NCBI GenBank assembly: GCA_002633005.1 | Contig: NMRA01000357.1 | Span: 14,048-78,047, forward strand | Direction of reading: 5' to 3' | DNA length: 64,000 bases | DNA from: Phoronis australis | Taxonomy: Eukaryota > Animalia > Phoronida | Shown: one piece after another, positions 61,652-64,000 of the stretch | Numbering within the stretch: position 1 is the first letter of the stretch | Layout of the letters: each line of letters opens with the position of its first letter | Notes under the pieces: model-generated | Databases searched by the model: none | What the model was told of the DNA's origin: nothing | Seen by the model: the letters and a program-made list of their open reading frames with translations, nothing else | Translations under genes and position numbers: made by a program

Positions 61652-63286
61652 TTAGGAGTCAGGCAACAGCGGAGCTGGTTTCACAACAACTTTGCCATTC
61701 TTGACTTCCGCCGATATGCCACATTCCTTCAGCAGGTTGACGTCATCAGCTACCCCATCTAGCTTCAACTGAGAGAGAGCCAGTTGGTTCTCTTGGTTAT
61801 TTTCACAGAGATTGTGCACGGCAAAGATAGACCACTGGGCAATATCTGTCAGCAGTTGAGGAAAGCACAGTTTCCATACATACTCGGTGTACGTGTCATA
61901 GGTCACTCAGTGTACGTGTCATAGGTCACTCAGTGTACATGTCATAGGTCAGAATGTAAGATGGCCATGCAATCTTAAGGACTTCATCAACTATGAACCG
62001 GACACTATCAAATTTTTTCACTGATTTGAAAAGGTTAGTCCCTCAAAAGTTTACAAAATGAAAACAAATGTGTAACTGTTGTTCATTGGTCAACCTTAAA
62101 TGTGTAACTGTTGTTCATTGGTCAACCTTAAATGTGTAACTGTTGTTCACTGGTCAACTCATATCTCAATGTCATCAAATTAATATGTACGGCATGACAG
62201 ACTAAAAGCTTTGCTTGGGAATTTCGACCGTTCCACATACGTGTCTGGCTACATTGGACACACTGCCACAATGAAATTGCATTATGTTATTTTACTCAAC
62301 CAAGTTTTAACTTGTAGTCTTTTCTCAGATTTTTGGGTGTAAGACAATATAAATATTTGCTGCAAGCATTCCACGTTAAAGGAAGACCTATATGCAAATC
62401 CAGTCTATACAAAGGATACAAGGATTTCTCTTGTCTATCACGGTGTGGTCCAGAAGAAGAGGTATACCGTTTAACTGACGAACCTGAATTGTAATAGTAA
62501 AACATAATAGAAATATATTATTAACTTATTAATAATTAAACATCTAATCAAAATAGAAATATATCCTAAGACCTTGGACAACACGCGATAGATTCAACAC
62601 AGGAATATTATCTTTGGGAAGTTAAAAGCTCAAACTGGAGTTATAACAAAAAAAAATAAATTCACTTGACAGGCGAGTCTTCTCACCCGAAGTTAATCAC
62701 ACTGAAAACTTGTTTGGAATATCCTGCTCTTTACACCCTAAACATGACACGGCTAGTTTACAGGCCAAGCTGATTTCAGTTTTGTTGGCTTTTTAGCAAA
62801 TGGCATTGGCAGCAATAGGAACTGAGAGATGACTTGTGCCTGATATCAAGCAGGTCAATTTTCACAACTTTTTACTAGCTACTAGTGCCCAGTATGGTGT
62901 TAGTGGAGACATCGATTTCAATCATGGAATTGAAAAAGCATTACCTTATTTTTTTGTGGTTGACCAATTCCATTTATACTCTACATTTTAGATGATTAGA
63001 CGGGAATAGCACTTTGAGTCAAACTATTTCCAATTCCACTAACATAAATATCAGTTCAAATGAAGCAAGCAGTCTTTCATTCTACGATAATCTCAAATGC
63101 AACTACTGACCATGTCCTGATTAGCCCGGTGTCTGAAGACAGCGTTTCCGATAAGTCTCACTAGCTGGCGCTTCAAGGCGTAAGATGGATGAGACTGATC
63201 AAGTGGTTCTTGTGATGAGATCTTACTAAGTGATGTGAACATGTTATCCCCTGTTTTTCCTATCATGTGCATTGCCTGTAGTAAAT
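61652..63286 (-). CDS. ATXN10: Ataxin-10, last three coding exons (5' part outside window)
   Basis: Exons 63111-63286 (LLQAMHMIGK..YALKRQLVRLIGNAVFRHRANQDM), 62420-62483 (VRQLNGIPLLLDHTVIDKRNP), 61652-61845 (IAQWSIFAVHNLCENNQENQ..*) match the recalled ataxin-10 C-terminal domain (LIRLIGNL..NQDKV.ELDGIPLIL..NPF..QW..AIRNLTE.N..NQ). Confidence 0.92.
61846..62419 (-). other. U12-type (minor spliceosome) GT-AG intron of ATXN10
   Basis: 5' splice site GTATCCTTT (62419-62411); branch site TTTCCTCAAC (61864-61855) about 10 nt from the AG, no polypyrimidine tract. Confidence 0.88.
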
Positions 63287-63629
63287 CTGTTCAAGAGAAG
63301 GAAAGACTGGTTACAAACTATAACAATGGGATGCTACTGTCAACAGTTAAAATATATTAATTCCTCTAAACATACGGAATTATTAATAATATAAGCATAA
63401 ATGCCATTACCGCTCAGCAAATAGTAACATAAGCCACTACAAACAGATGGCCAACCTGTTAATTAATCTCAATTAGCAATACGTTTGTTGTTTTGAGATA
63501 TCTACCCTGCCTCAATGTGAAAACAATTCAGCACTCAAAAAAGGTAGTTTGGAACTGGTAACGATTGAGACGTCTCTTGATGACTGAATTCTAGCTCCTG
63601 TCCAATAATTGGCAAATGTAACAAAGAAT

Positions 63630-64000
63630 GACATTGTTTCCCTTTAAGAAATACATGTCATAAAGACTCACTGACAACGTTTCCCTTTGAGAAATACATG
63701 TCATAAAGACTCACTGACAATGTTTCCCTTTGAGAAATACATGTCATAAAGACTCACTGACAATGTTTCCCTTTGAGAAATACATGTCATAAAGACTCAC
63801 TGACAATGTTTCCCTTTGAGAAATACATGTCATAAAGACTCACTGACAACGTTTCCCTTTGAGAAATACATGTCATAAAGACTCACTGACAATGTTTCCC
63901 TTTGAGAAATACATGTCATAAAGACTCACTGACAATGTTTCCCTTTGAGAAATACATGTCATAAAGACTCACTGACAATGTTTCCCTTTGAGAAATACAT
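63630..64000. repeat. 43-bp minisatellite running off the window end (ATXN10 intron)
   Basis: CAATGTTTCCCTTTGAGAAATACATGTCATAAAGACTCACTGA. Confidence 0.95.

Overview
Eukaryotic (bilaterian invertebrate-like, AT-rich, intron-rich) genomic DNA with two assembly gaps (6752-7124, 13050-13544). Three spliced genes can be rebuilt by hand. (1) The 3' part of a RADX (CXorf57)-like RPA-related OB-fold ssDNA-binding gene on + (10 exons, 661-16556). (2) A complete fibulin-1/2-like gene on - (17 coding exons, 53589 to 32422, about 943 aa: signal peptide, anaphylatoxin-like region, 13 EGF/cbEGF exons, fibulin C-terminal domain). (3) The last three coding exons of ataxin-10 on - (63286 to 61652), whose last intron is U12 (minor-spliceosome) type. 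The non-coding space holds many minisatellites, degraded non-LTR retrotransposons, TTAA-flanked Kolobok-like ends and MITEs with 5-bp TSDs. The most striking structure is a dispersed Helentron/HINE (DINE-1/pearl-like) non-autonomous family. Its interior is a tandem array of about 140-bp monomers, most carrying a co-oriented CTCF-consensus-like motif (about 12-13 in 27.5-29.3 kb), with copies pointing divergently around the RADX/fibulin intergenic interval. Protein identities come from recalled family sequences, not database searches.
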